Assembly (NCBI GenBank): GCA_023247255.1
Contig: JAHFGV010000001.1
Span: 22,464 to 86,463 of the forward strand
From: Candidatus Omnitrophota bacterium
Lineage (GTDB): Bacteria > Omnitrophota > Gorgyraeia > Aquiviventales > Aquiviventaceae
Direction of reading: 5' to 3'
DNA: 64,000 bases
Positions 27,532-37,511 of this stretch are shown here, in pieces (position 1 is the first letter of the stretch; every line of letters starts with the position of its first letter). The position numbers and the translations under genes were made by a program. The notes below the pieces were generated by a model that worked only from the letters and a program-made list of their open reading frames with translations, made no database searches and had not been told where the DNA came from.

Positions 27532-28214
27532 CCGGACGGTGCTCTCAACGATTGGATCGCATCCCGATACGATGTCGATCGAAACACATAGGTTCCTGCC
27601 ACCAAAACATTGGCTCCGGCCTTGCGCATTTGCTCACCGGTCTTGGCGTTGATGCCTCCGTCGACCGCCAGGTGTCCCGAAAACCACTGGCGTAACATCC
27701 GGACCTTGGGCACGACCTGGGGCATGAACGCCTGAGCGCCGAAGCCGGGTTCAACGCTCATGACGAGAATCAGATCGACCCGATCCAGAAATGGCCTTAC
27801 GGATTCGGCGTCGGTCTTGGGACGCAACGACAATCCGGCACCTACTTTGGCTTTTCGGATCGTTTCCAAGCTGTTGCGTAACACGGCCGGTTGCTCAAGC
27901 CCCGGAGCTTCGACATGCACGGTAAGATAATGGACGCCAACGTCCAGAAACGGTCGCAGCCATTGCTGGGGATGGTCCAGCATGAGATGGACGTCTAAGG
28001 GGATGCGGCTTACCCGTCGTATGGCCTCGACCACGACAGGGCCCATCGTCAAGTTGGGAACGAAATGGCCATCCATGACATCTACGTGGAGCCAGTCAGC
28101 TCCGGCCTCTTCTACCTTACGAATTTCCTCAGCCAGATGGGCGAAATCGCACGCCAAAAGGCTAGGGGCAACCAGCAGCGACGGCAGGGACGGCATTTTC
28201 ATTCGATACGACAC
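27528..28214 (-). CDS. rpe: Ribulose-phosphate 3-epimerase
   Basis: HVDVMDGHFVPN, MSVEPGFGAQ, VDGGIN. Confidence 0.96.
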   Translation of the reverse strand: MSYRMKMPSLPSLLVAPSLLACDFAHLAEEIRKVEEAGADWLHVDVMDGHFVPNLTMGPVVVEAIRRVSRIPLDVHLMLDHPQQWLRPFLDVGVHYLTVHVEAPGLEQPAVLRNSLETIRKAKVGAGLSLRPKTDAESVRPFLDRVDLILVMSVEPGFGAQAFMPQVVPKVRMLRQWFSGHLAVDGGINAKTGEQMRKAGANVLVAGTYVFRSTSYRDAIQSLRAPSG

Positions 28215-29494
28215 ACGGATGAAAGTTGGCCAGAGAGCGTTTCCGAGACCGGCCCGACGACGGCCAGATGAGTCTTGGCGTTCGTAAACAAAGATCTAGC
28301 GACCTTTTGAATATGGGAAGTGCTGACTCGTCGCAATTGTTTCAGAAGGCGTCTGGGCTCGGCAATGCCACCCACCGTGATTGCTTGCTCTCCCATCCAG
28401 AGCATGTGGTCCATGGAATCTTCCAGGCCCATGATGAGCTGACCTGCGTAGTAGTCTTTCGCCCGCTTGAGTTCTGATGAAGGAATCGGATCCCGACGGA
28501 TACGCCTCAGCTCCCGGCAAATGGTCTGTACCGTTGCTGTCAGTTTTCCCGTATCACAACCCGCGTAAATCACGAACGCCCCGGTGTCGCGGAAACGTTT
28601 GATCTGCGTGCCGATTTCATAGACCAGCCCGCGTTTTTCGCGGACCTCCCGGAAGAGCCGAGAAGACATGTTCGCCCCCAGAATCACATGCAAGATTTCC
28701 AGGGCGAAACGATCCGGATGCGTTCGGGGAACAGCGTACGTGCCCAAGCAGAGATGGGTCTGCTCCGTGTCTTTTTTCCATACCCGAACCTGGGGTTTGC
28801 TGCGGGCTCGCGGGGCCGCAGACAAACGAACTGCCGAACGTTCGGTTTTCCCTGCCCTGAAAGCGCGAGTGATCTGGCGCGTGAAGACTGAGAAGTCATC
28901 CGCACCGGCGCAGGCGACGAGCATGTTTCTAGGCTGGTACATGCGTCTCCAGTAACGCACCAGGTCTTTTCTTTGGATGCGCCGGACCGAATCGATGGTG
29001 CCTGACAACAACGTGCCCAAGGGATGGTTGGGCCAAAGCAACTGATTGAAAAGATCATGCACCAATTGGCCTGGGGCGTCCTCATACATTCGGATTTCTT
29101 CAAGAATCACCTCGCGTTCACGCTCCACATCCCCGGGCTTTAGCGTAGGAGAGCAAACCATATCGGCCAACACATCAATGGCTCGTCGGGCATACTGGCG
29201 GGGAACCTTGGCCATATAGCAGGTGAACTCCTCTGCCGTGAATCCGTTCAGGGAACCCCCGATCCCTTCGACGTGCTGCTTGAGCGCTTCGCAGGAACGC
29301 CGCCGCGTGCCTTTAAACAGAAGATGCTCCAGAAAATGCGAAATCCCGGCCAACTCAGAGGATTCGTAACGCCCCCCCGCCTGAACCCAGATTCCTACAG
29401 CAACAGACAAAGCATGAGGCATTCGGTGGAACGCCAACCCGAGGCCATGGGGGCCTGGACTCATGACGTAGGTTACAGAAGGGATTTTTGACAT
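28199..29494 (-). CDS. M16 family zinc peptidase
   Basis: HFLEH inverted zinc motif, SSRLFREVREKRGLVY. Confidence 0.93.
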   Translation of the reverse strand: MSKIPSVTYVMSPGPHGLGLAFHRMPHALSVAVGIWVQAGGRYESSELAGISHFLEHLLFKGTRRRSCEALKQHVEGIGGSLNGFTAEEFTCYMAKVPRQYARRAIDVLADMVCSPTLKPGDVEREREVILEEIRMYEDAPGQLVHDLFNQLLWPNHPLGTLLSGTIDSVRRIQRKDLVRYWRRMYQPRNMLVACAGADDFSVFTRQITRAFRAGKTERSAVRLSAAPRARSKPQVRVWKKDTEQTHLCLGTYAVPRTHPDRFALEILHVILGANMSSRLFREVREKRGLVYEIGTQIKRFRDTGAFVIYAGCDTGKLTATVQTICRELRRIRRDPIPSSELKRAKDYYAGQLIMGLEDSMDHMLWMGEQAITVGGIAEPRRLLKQLRRVSTSHIQKVARSLFTNAKTHLAVVGPVSETLSGQLSSVCRIE

Positions 29495-29505
29495 TAGCTG
29501 TGGTT

Positions 29506-29946
29506 TCAGGTTTGAGATCCCTTTTCCTGACGCTGGCGCTCCAGAAATTGCTGAAGGATGAGTTGCGCCGCGACTTGGTCCACTACTTGTTTGCGGCTTC
29601 GGTGAGGCAAACGGATCTCGCGCAGGGCGCGTTGGCTTTGCACCGTCGTTAATCGCTCGTCTATCATCCGGATAGGAACAACCAGCCGTTGGCGTAATGT
29701 TTGCACGAAGGCTTCAACCTTCCTGGCTTGTGGACCTCGATCCCCGCGCATGGTTAGAGGAAGGCCCACGACAATCATCTGGACGTTGTGCTGCTCAACG
29801 AGTTGACGAATGGCCTCTGCATCCGAGGCAGCCGTCGCCTGCCGATTCAGCACCGTGAGACGGCCAGCGGTCAGTCCCAAGGCATCGCTGAGGGCAACCC
29901 CCACGCGTCGTTCTCCAACGTCCAAACCCAGGATTCGGCCTTCCAT
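29506..29946 (-). CDS. ruvX: RuvX/YqgF RNase H-like nuclease
   Basis: LGLDVGERRVGVALSD, VVGLP, DERLTT, DQVAAQLILQ. Confidence 0.93.
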   Translation of the reverse strand: MEGRILGLDVGERRVGVALSDALGLTAGRLTVLNRQATAASDAEAIRQLVEQHNVQMIVVGLPLTMRGDRGPQARKVEAFVQTLRQRLVVPIRMIDERLTTVQSQRALREIRLPHRSRKQVVDQVAAQLILQQFLERQRQEKGSQT

Positions 29947-29947
29947 G

Positions 29948-31063
29948 CTATTGATAAGGTTTCAACTGTGGGCGTTGAGCGAGCTGCCTGAGCAGTTGAC
30001 GCACTTCTTGAGATGCCTTCGGCGAACAGATCAGGGTTGCTGAAGGGCTCTGCACGACGATGAGATTTCTGACGCCGATCGTTGCCACCAAGTGCGATTC
30101 CTCACCGATGACCGTGACGTTGCGGCTTTCAATCCCGACTGTTTTCGGAGATCGACACAAATGAGCCCATGCGTCCCAGCTTCCCAAGTCCATCCAATCG
30201 AATCGTCCTTCCACGACGATCGCACGAGTCAGCATGTCCATCACCCCATGGTCAAAGGAGATGTTATCGAGATGGCGATACGCAACCTGGGCTCGATGAA
30301 CAAACGATTTTCTACCCACCCGATTGGCCAATGGAAAAAGACGACAGATGTGATTGGGAAGATACTCGGTCAAACACTCAAGAAAAGTGTCCGCGGCGCC
30401 GATGAAAATACCGCTGTTCCAGAAAGTGCGTGGGCGTCTGATAAGCTGCGCTGCGACCGATCGGGTCGGTTTTTCCACGAATCGGTCAAGACGAAACACA
30501 CCTGTGGTCAACGGAGTGCCCGCGCACAGGTATCCCAGTCCGCAATGGGGATAGGTAGGATGGATGCCGATCGTTACAATCGTATCATGGGCCAAGGCGG
30601 CGCGGATCGCCGTTCGGAGATTCTTGCGAAAGGCCCAGACGTTTCTAATCCAATGATCCGCAGGCATGACCACCATGATTTCTCGAGGGTTGCGGATGGC
30701 TAGCGCGATGGCCGCCAGTCCGATGCAGGCTGCTGTGTTTTTGGGCTGTGGTTCAACCAACAGGGAGTTCTCAAGATTGGGTGTTCGCTGGTTGCTGTGA
30801 CGCAAGCAATCACGGATCGCATCTTCTTGCCCGTTCGTTGTCACGATCAGCCACCGAGCGTCTGGCCAGAGACCTCGGAGACGATCGATTGTGGCTTCCA
30901 AAAGGCTGTGTTTACCGTCGATGGACAGGCAGACCTTGGGTTTATTCGTACGGACAAGCGGCCACAGACGTTCCCCTCTTCCCCCAGCCATGATGACGAT
31001 GGTTACGTGAGATCTGTTCCCAGCCGCTGGTTGATGTTTTTGGGTGCGCAGGTGTGGTTTCAT
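29948..31063 (-). CDS. manC: Mannose-1-phosphate guanylyltransferase
   Basis: MAGGRGERLWP, EPQPKNTA, PADH, FVEKP, WNSGIF, WMDLGSW. Confidence 0.9.
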   Translation of the reverse strand: MKPHLRTQKHQPAAGNRSHVTIVIMAGGRGERLWPLVRTNKPKVCLSIDGKHSLLEATIDRLRGLWPDARWLIVTTNGQEDAIRDCLRHSNQRTPNLENSLLVEPQPKNTAACIGLAAIALAIRNPREIMVVMPADHWIRNVWAFRKNLRTAIRAALAHDTIVTIGIHPTYPHCGLGYLCAGTPLTTGVFRLDRFVEKPTRSVAAQLIRRPRTFWNSGIFIGAADTFLECLTEYLPNHICRLFPLANRVGRKSFVHRAQVAYRHLDNISFDHGVMDMLTRAIVVEGRFDWMDLGSWDAWAHLCRSPKTVGIESRNVTVIGEESHLVATIGVRNLIVVQSPSATLICSPKASQEVRQLLRQLAQRPQLKPYQ

Positions 31064-31887
31064 AAGGCTGTCCTGAGTCGATGGATAAACCGGAAGGCTG
31101 CTGAGTAAATATCCTGCCGGTTCCTTGCCTGCCCCATGGCTTGGAGCAAAGCGCTGCCAACGATGACCCCATCGGCTACTTCACTCACCGTGCGGGCTTG
31201 TGCCGCAGTGGAAACTCCAAAGCCAACGCACACGGGCTTGGAGCTGAGACGCTTGAGGTTGCGAACGCCCGATAACAAACTTTCCGGTAACTGTCTGCGA
31301 GCCCCCGTCGTACCCGTCACAGAAACGTAGTAAATGAACCCTTCGGACATTTGGGCGATGGATCGCAGACGCTCGGAGGAGCTGGTCGGGGCGGCTAAAA
31401 AGATCGTGGCAAGCTCGTGAGCCGATGCGACTTGATGAAACATTCCGCCCTCTTCGATGGGCAGGTCCACAACGATGAGTCCTGATATTCCGCTGCGTTG
31501 GGCAGCGCGGATGAATGCCACAGGAGTGCCCCCTTCTGTAGGTCTGCCGACCATGGGCCTGCCGAATTGAATAATCGGATTCCAGTAGGAAAGGCAGATG
31601 ACAGGAATGTGGATTCGATGACGGACCGATGCCACGACGTCCAAGACCTTCTGTGGGGTGGTTCCCCTTGACAACGCGCGCATGGAAGCTTGTTGAATCA
31701 CGGGGCCATCCGCTAAGGGATCGGAAAATGGAATTCCTACTTCGATCAAATCGGCTTGCGCGTCTTGCAGACACAGTAAGAGTCGGGCGGTACTGGAAAG
31801 ATCCGGATCCCCTGCCATGATGAAAGGAATGAGGGCTTTGCGGTTTTTCGATTTAAGTCGGTCAAATCGCAAGTCAATGGCGTTCAT
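31060..31887 (-). CDS. trpA: Tryptophan synthase alpha chain
   Basis: [33 protein letters not shown]. Confidence 0.96.
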   Translation of the reverse strand: MNAIDLRFDRLKSKNRKALIPFIMAGDPDLSSTARLLLCLQDAQADLIEVGIPFSDPLADGPVIQQASMRALSRGTTPQKVLDVVASVRHRIHIPVICLSYWNPIIQFGRPMVGRPTEGGTPVAFIRAAQRSGISGLIVVDLPIEEGGMFHQVASAHELATIFLAAPTSSSERLRSIAQMSEGFIYYVSVTGTTGARRQLPESLLSGVRNLKRLSSKPVCVGFGVSTAAQARTVSEVADGVIVGSALLQAMGQARNRQDIYSAAFRFIHRLRTAL

Positions 31888-33086
31888 CCCCCCAGATGCT
31901 CCGCCATCGTCTGCGCGTCCTTGTCGCCGCGTCCAGACAGACCAAGGATGACGACCGTCCGGCGCTTGAGTCGTGGGGCAAGATTCTCCAGATAGGCGAT
32001 GGCATGCGCCGGCTCAAGGGCTGGCAGGATGCCCTCGGTTCGGGCGAGTAGCCGGCAAGCTTCCAGGGCCTTGCGGTCAGTGACAGCGACATACTGGGCG
32101 CGGCGCGTGAGTTTGTAATAAGCATGCTCAGGGCCCACACCGGGATAATCCAACCCGGCAGCGATTGAGGCGGTAGGAAGCACCTGGCCGTAACGATCCT
32201 GAAGGAGCAGGCTGTAGGATCCGTGGAGAACCCCGGGACGACCCTTGAGTAAGGTCGCTGCATGATGTCCGGGGCTGAGTCGGTTTCCTCCAGCCTCGAC
32301 CCCGATACAGCGCACCGAACGATCATTGGCGAAGGCATGGAACAGCCCGATCGCATTGGAGCCGCCCCCCACACAGGCGATTAAAAGATCAGGCAGACGG
32401 CCGGTTTCTTGAAGAATCTGCCGACGAGCTTCCTGGCCAATGACGGATTGGAAATCTCGGACAAGCAGGGGATAAGGATGAGGCCCGACGACCGATCCGA
32501 TGCAGTAATGGCTGGTTCGGACCGTGGTGACCCAATTACGAATGGCTTCGTTGCAGGCATCTTTCAAGGTTCTTGTTCCCGTACGAACCGGGCTGACACG
32601 CGCCCCTAACAGGCGCATCCGAACCACATTCAGGTTTTGCCGCTCGATGTCATCCTCTCCCATAAACACTTCACAGCTGAGTCCAAAGAGGGCTGCCGCG
32701 GTTGCGGTGGCGACTCCGTGTTGGCCGGCTCCTGTTTCCGCGATCAGGCGCTTTTTGCCCATCCGCACAGCTAGAAGCGCCTGCCCGAGGGCATTGTTGA
32801 TCTTGTGAGCTCCCGTATGAAGCAAGTCTTCTCGTTTTAAATAGACGCAGAGCCCGCCGAACTGCTTTCCGAGGCGCTTGGCATCATAAAGCGGCGTCGG
32901 GCGTCCCGCGTAGTTCTGGAGCAGTCGATGGAACTCTCGGCGAAACTCAGGATCTTGACGGGCCTTGGCGTAGGCGCGCTCCAGTTCAGAGAGCGCCCCC
33001 ATGACCGTTTCTGGAACGAATTTACCCCCGAACGGACCAAAGTGTCCTGTCGAATCAGGTAGTGTTTGTCGTCGAGACATAGGCAA
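31884..33086 (-). CDS. trpB: Tryptophan synthase beta chain
   Basis: [32 protein letters not shown]. Confidence 0.98.
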   Translation of the reverse strand: MPMSRRQTLPDSTGHFGPFGGKFVPETVMGALSELERAYAKARQDPEFRREFHRLLQNYAGRPTPLYDAKRLGKQFGGLCVYLKREDLLHTGAHKINNALGQALLAVRMGKKRLIAETGAGQHGVATATAAALFGLSCEVFMGEDDIERQNLNVVRMRLLGARVSPVRTGTRTLKDACNEAIRNWVTTVRTSHYCIGSVVGPHPYPLLVRDFQSVIGQEARRQILQETGRLPDLLIACVGGGSNAIGLFHAFANDRSVRCIGVEAGGNRLSPGHHAATLLKGRPGVLHGSYSLLLQDRYGQVLPTASIAAGLDYPGVGPEHAYYKLTRRAQYVAVTDRKALEACRLLARTEGILPALEPAHAIAYLENLAPRLKRRTVVILGLSGRGDKDAQTMAEHLGG

Positions 33087-33136
33087 CTCTAGGACTCTTG
33101 CTGAAACGGCTATGATAACTGAAAGGTCTTAGGGTG

Positions 33137-34195
33137 TCAAACGCGGATCGTCGGAAAAGGGACCTGGAAGTCGACGCAAAGACCGATACCCCGACGTTGC
33201 GCCTGTCGGGTCACTTCATGTCCCAGGACCACATCATGGATGGCAATGCCTGTGGAGTCAAAGACGGTAAGCCCCGTACCCCGAATCCGGGTGGGACTTT
33301 TGTAGTACGGGGTAAGCGGTTTGGGGTTCTGACGAAGTCTTTTGCGCAAAAGCAGCAACTCGCCCAGACTTGCATGGATATCCTTAGGGTGAAATTGACC
33401 CCGTCGAACAGGAACGTTGATTTCACCACCATGAACCGCTTGTTCGTAGTTATCGACCACGACAGTCGCGTCTTTGAGGATGCGCGGATCCAGCTCCTGT
33501 TTGCCCGGTCCATCGGCTCCGATGGCATTGATATGCGCTCCAGGACGCAACCAGGAGCGCATCACCAACGGACGTCGGGATGGCGTCAATGTGACGATAA
33601 TATCCGCATCCCGCACGCAATCTTTGACCGTGGTGGCAGGCGCAAATGAGATTCCTTTCACTAACGGCCGCATCCGACGGCAGAACCGCTGGGCTTCTTT
33701 TGCCAGATACCCCCACACATTTACCTGCGACAGGCCGAAGACTTCAGCCAGCGCCAGCAATTGGGCATCGGCCTGAGCCCCGCAGCCGATGAGCCCTACG
33801 ATACGGCTGTCTGGTCTGGCCAAAACCTCAGCCGCAACCGCGGCCGAGGCCGCAGTGCGTAACTTGGTGATGAGCAGCCCATCCATAACGGCTAACGGAA
33901 ACCCGCTCGCCGGGTCATTGATGATGATTAGAGCCATCACCGTTGGCAGGCCTCGTCGGGGATTCCGTGGATGGACATTCACCCATTTCATGCCGCACGC
34001 TCCGGTCGATGTCACATAAGCCGGCATCGCGCGAAAGTCACTTCCATCCGGAAGGCTCAAGTAAACCTTGGCCGGCATGATGGTCTTACCGCTGGCGCTG
34101 ACGATGAAGGCTTCGCGTACCAACCGGATGGCTGTAGGCATGTCGATCAGCCTGGCCACATCGCGTTGCGTCAATATTCGAGTCCTCAGAGACAT
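33137..34195 (-). CDS. Ornithine cyclodeaminase / archaeal-type alanine dehydrogenase family
   Basis: DFRAMPAY, KWVNVHP, LRTAA, IGCGAQA, AIGADGPGKQE, VFDSTGIAIHD. Confidence 0.9.
   Translation of the reverse strand: MSLRTRILTQRDVARLIDMPTAIRLVREAFIVSASGKTIMPAKVYLSLPDGSDFRAMPAYVTSTGACGMKWVNVHPRNPRRGLPTVMALIIINDPASGFPLAVMDGLLITKLRTAASAAVAAEVLARPDSRIVGLIGCGAQADAQLLALAEVFGLSQVNVWGYLAKEAQRFCRRMRPLVKGISFAPATTVKDCVRDADIIVTLTPSRRPLVMRSWLRPGAHINAIGADGPGKQELDPRILKDATVVVDNYEQAVHGGEINVPVRRGQFHPKDIHASLGELLLLRKRLRQNPKPLTPYYKSPTRIRGTGLTVFDSTGIAIHDVVLGHEVTRQAQRRGIGLCVDFQVPFPTIRV
33266..33317. repeat. 45-bp in-frame mini-element in ocd
   Basis: IR ccccgtac/gtacgggg flanked by GGTAAGC direct repeats 45 bp apart. 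Confidence 0.75.
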
Positions 34196-34268
34196 CTGAC
34201 CGATGGAATCGTCGATTGCCGATCTTCGGTTTTCGATTGAAAGCCGTTTCCAGCCTGCCAATCGTCAA

Positions 34269-34528
34269 TCGACCCCGTCATTGCGCCATGGCCGAAGGAT
34301 GTGAGCGACACGGCAGTGCAGAGCCGATTGGGTGGACGGGATGTCGCCCCACTCGAAGCGGACTTGCCGGTGCCACAGGCTTGTCCCGTGGGGCTCCTCC
34401 CCGCCATCGGGCCTCGACCTTCGGCTTTCGGCCCAGTTGGTTTGCTTAAGCGAACGGGTGGGCGGGATGTCGCCCCACTCGAAGCGGACTTGCCGGTGCC
34501 ACAGGCTTGTCCCGTGGGGCTCCACAAT
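34269..34528 (+). repeat. Modular palindromic repeat, full dimeric copy 8 (intergenic ychF-ocd)
   Basis: Exact 61-bp direct repeat at 34337..34397 and 34463..34523 (126-bp period). Confidence 0.95.
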
Positions 34529-34532
34529 ATTT

Positions 34533-35618
34533 CTACTGGCCGATACGAAAATGGATGACATCTCCGTCCTGAACGACGTAGTCTTTTCCTTCCAAGCGCA
34601 GCAGCCCCTGGGCGCGCGCGGCGGATTCACTTGCGCAACGGACTAAATCCTTGGTGGAGATGACTTCCGCTCGGATAAATTGTTTCTCAAAATCCGTGTG
34701 AATGACCCCGGCCGCCTGTGGAGCCTTTGTGCCTTTAGGAATCGTCCAGGCCTGAAGGATCTTGGAGGTGGTGGTAAAGAAACTGATCAAGCGCAATAAC
34801 GTCGCACTTTCTCGGATGATCCGGTTCAAAGCGGATTCCTGGATGCCACAGGCCTGCATCATGGCTTGCCGATCCGAAGGCTCCAATTCAACCAATTCTG
34901 CTTCCAATTTTGCGCAGCAGATGACTAGACCCGATTGTTCGTCGGCAATTTTCTGACGCAGGCTATCCCAGGCGGCGCTTAACGCTGTTTCTCCAACGTT
35001 GGCGATATAAAGAACAGGCTTCGCGCTCAACAGATCGATGCCGAAAGCCTGGGGATGTTCTTCGCCTGCCAGTGGCAGGCGTCGAATGGGGATTCCCTTG
35101 CTGAGTGCTTCGATCCAACGGCTGATGACATCCAGGAATTTTTGAGCCTGTTTGTCTCCGCTTCTGGCGAGTTTCTGATCATGGTCGGCTCGTCGTTGCA
35201 AGATCTCAAGGTCTTTGAGAAGCAGCTCGGTTGTGATGATTTCCACATCGCGCAAGGGATCTACGGACTCCAGGGTGTGGGCGACGTTTGAATCCTCGAA
35301 ACAGCGAACGACGTGAAGCAGAGCATCGACGCTGTAAACATGGCTTAAGAACTGGTTGCCCAGCCCTTCGCCTTTATGCGCGCCTTTGACCAGGCCGGCG
35401 ATGTCGACAAACTCGATGCTCGTGGGAACCACGCGCTCAGGCGACACACAATTCCCCAAGGCCTCCAACCGTGGATCCTCGACGCTGGCAACGCCCACAT
35501 TGCGGTCGGTCGTCGTAAAAGGATAAGGAGCCACGGCTGCGTGGGCGTGGGTAAGCGCATTGAATAGGGTAGATTTTCCTGCGTTGGGCAGGCCCACCAG
35601 GCCAAGTTTGGATCCCAT
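34533..35618 (-). CDS. ychF: Redox-regulated ATPase YchF
   Basis: GLVGLPNAGKST, DIAGLVKGAHKGEGLGNQFL, IHTDFEK, EGKDYVVQDGD. Confidence 0.97.
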   Translation of the reverse strand: MGSKLGLVGLPNAGKSTLFNALTHAHAAVAPYPFTTTDRNVGVASVEDPRLEALGNCVSPERVVPTSIEFVDIAGLVKGAHKGEGLGNQFLSHVYSVDALLHVVRCFEDSNVAHTLESVDPLRDVEIITTELLLKDLEILQRRADHDQKLARSGDKQAQKFLDVISRWIEALSKGIPIRRLPLAGEEHPQAFGIDLLSAKPVLYIANVGETALSAAWDSLRQKIADEQSGLVICCAKLEAELVELEPSDRQAMMQACGIQESALNRIIRESATLLRLISFFTTTSKILQAWTIPKGTKAPQAAGVIHTDFEKQFIRAEVISTKDLVRCASESAARAQGLLRLEGKDYVVQDGDVIHFRIGQ

Positions 35619-35637
35619 CCCTTCACTCGCGAATCCG

Positions 35638-36075
35638 TTACTTTTGCAACAGCATTACGCCGCAGACAATCAGCACAGCCCCAGAGGCACGAGTCCAAGT
35701 GAGGGGTTCATGCAGAAACCAAAAGCTAAACAGGGAGGCGACCAAAGGATAGGCTCCTGCGATCGGGGTTACTTGAGAAACCGTGCCCAGTTGCAGTGCA
35801 CGATAGAAGGCCAGTTGGCCGATGAAACTGGCTAGAAATCCGCCTCCGGCTAAGAGAAAAAACGAAGGCAATCCCAGGTTTTGGATCAGCGCTGCGGGTG
35901 ACCAAAGGATCCAACCGATCAAAGATCCGAAGATCACGCCTATGCTGCGAACCAATACCCCGGTCGTGGCAGATACCTGGGCTCCCAGCCCCATTTTCTC
36001 CATCAACGGAACGATTCCCCAAATACAAGCCGTCACTAGCGCCCAAGACGATCCGTTCATTTTCCTCCTCGTCAA
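35638..36075 (-). CDS. EamA/DMT family small transporter
   Basis: Five hydrophobic segments, WG...K.GL, FLHEPLT. Confidence 0.82.
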   Translation of the reverse strand: MTRRKMNGSSWALVTACIWGIVPLMEKMGLGAQVSATTGVLVRSIGVIFGSLIGWILWSPAALIQNLGLPSFFLLAGGGFLASFIGQLAFYRALQLGTVSQVTPIAGAYPLVASLFSFWFLHEPLTWTRASGAVLIVCGVMLLQK

Positions 36076-36184
36076 CCGGTTTCATTACCGATGGGTTTTA
36101 CAAAATCCGAGGAAAGACCCCCAGATTTATTGCCTTTGTTGCTCACTAACCACTGGTCACTCCGTCAGCCCTGCAAAACCTCAA

Positions 36185-36643
36185 TCAATGCATCTCTTCA
36201 AACGGGTAGGGTTGTTGCCCGGAGCGTTTGTCAAAGTAAGGCAGCGTGGGTAGGATGGGAGCAAAATTCTCTGGATAGGGGAGTAAGAAAGTGGCTGTCT
36301 CGTAGACACCAACGACAGTACGGGCCACTCCCTTGAATAAACCGACAGCCATTCCTGTGAAGATGCTGCCTGCAGTGTCTGTCGTACGGTACCGATTGTG
36401 GATGTTAAGAGGGATTTCCAGCCATCCACCGAAAATATTGGATATCCCGCGCCCCAGCTTTTCCAAGGAGGGATGGACATTGAAGCGTCCCATCACATCT
36501 TCGACAGGATCCTGAGACTCAGATACGACAGGCTGACCGGCCAAGGCCTGGGAGGCGCTTAAACAAAAAAGAGTCAGAGTGACCAGAGCCATCCGTTCGT
36601 TAAATCCGCGATGCAAATAAGTCTTTAAACAACGAGTCGCCAT
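36185..36643 (-). CDS. TIGR04073-like exported protein
   Basis: KLGRGISNIFGGWLEIP...RTVVGVYETATF. Confidence 0.72.
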   Translation of the reverse strand: MATRCLKTYLHRGFNERMALVTLTLFCLSASQALAGQPVVSESQDPVEDVMGRFNVHPSLEKLGRGISNIFGGWLEIPLNIHNRYRTTDTAGSIFTGMAVGLFKGVARTVVGVYETATFLLPYPENFAPILPTLPYFDKRSGQQPYPFEEMH

Positions 36644-36675
36644 GTGTCTGTTCCCTCCTTCGTTTTATAGTAGTT

Positions 36676-37380
36676 TTATCGGTTGAAAAGATGGCCGGCT
36701 ACGGTTTTAAGGCTGACGCAGCCGTGGCTGCCTACAATCACGTGGTCTAGGACCTCGATCCCCAACAGATGTCCGGCTGCCACCAAGCGTTTGGTGATTC
36801 GCAGATCATGATCCGAAGGATCCGGATCACCCGAAGGATGATTATGCCCTAAGATTACTGCTGCAGCCGAGGCGCTGATTGCTTCTTTGAACAGCTCTCG
36901 CGGATGCACGATGGTAGCCGAGAGGCTTCCTGTCGCGATGGTGCTCGCTCGAATTAAATGATGCCGATTGTCCAAAAGCAGGATGACGAAAAACTCTTTC
37001 TTTTTATGCGCCAGAATCGGACGCAAAATGTCAGCGGCTTTTTCCGAGCTGTCGATGGCGGGATGCAGGCCATTGGACGTTTGCGCAACCCGTCGAGAGA
37101 GTTCGGCGGCGGCTTTAAGCTGAATGGCTTTGGAAGAACCGATGCCATGAACGCAAGAGAGTTGTTCCACCGAAGCTTCTGCGATTCCGCGCAAAGATCC
37201 AAAAGTCGCCAGCAATCGCTGGGCACTCATGAGCACCGACTCCCTGGCGACTCCCCTGCCCAGGATACAAGCTAACAGCTCCTGTTCGGAAAGGGCCTCC
37301 GCTCCCAGTCGAGCCAGACGTTCCCGGGGACGTTCCGACTCAGGCAAATCTCGAATCGTCAAGGATCTGTGATGCGGCAT
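36676..37380 (-). CDS. radC: RadC / JAB-domain protein
   Basis: ERPRERL, VHPRELF, HNHPSGDPDPSDHD, LDHVIV. Confidence 0.94.
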   Translation of the reverse strand: MPHHRSLTIRDLPESERPRERLARLGAEALSEQELLACILGRGVARESVLMSAQRLLATFGSLRGIAEASVEQLSCVHGIGSSKAIQLKAAAELSRRVAQTSNGLHPAIDSSEKAADILRPILAHKKKEFFVILLLDNRHHLIRASTIATGSLSATIVHPRELFKEAISASAAAVILGHNHPSGDPDPSDHDLRITKRLVAAGHLLGIEVLDHVIVGSHGCVSLKTVAGHLFNR

Positions 37381-37511
37381 CTTACCATAGACTGGGGCTT
37401 TACAAAACGTGTCTTCCATAGCCAGAAAAACTACAACCCGAATTCAGCATTTTACATTTCCCCTTGCGCTACCAGGCTGCGGAAAAATCCATTTTGGTTC
37501 TGGGCTGAGAG

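Noticed and set aside
34269-34528. CRISPR array or real CDSs in the 61-bp direct repeat region
   Set aside because: Only two units, too long for CRISPR repeats, the intervening parts are themselves repeat modules, and there are no cas genes; the overlapping ORFs are repeat-derived
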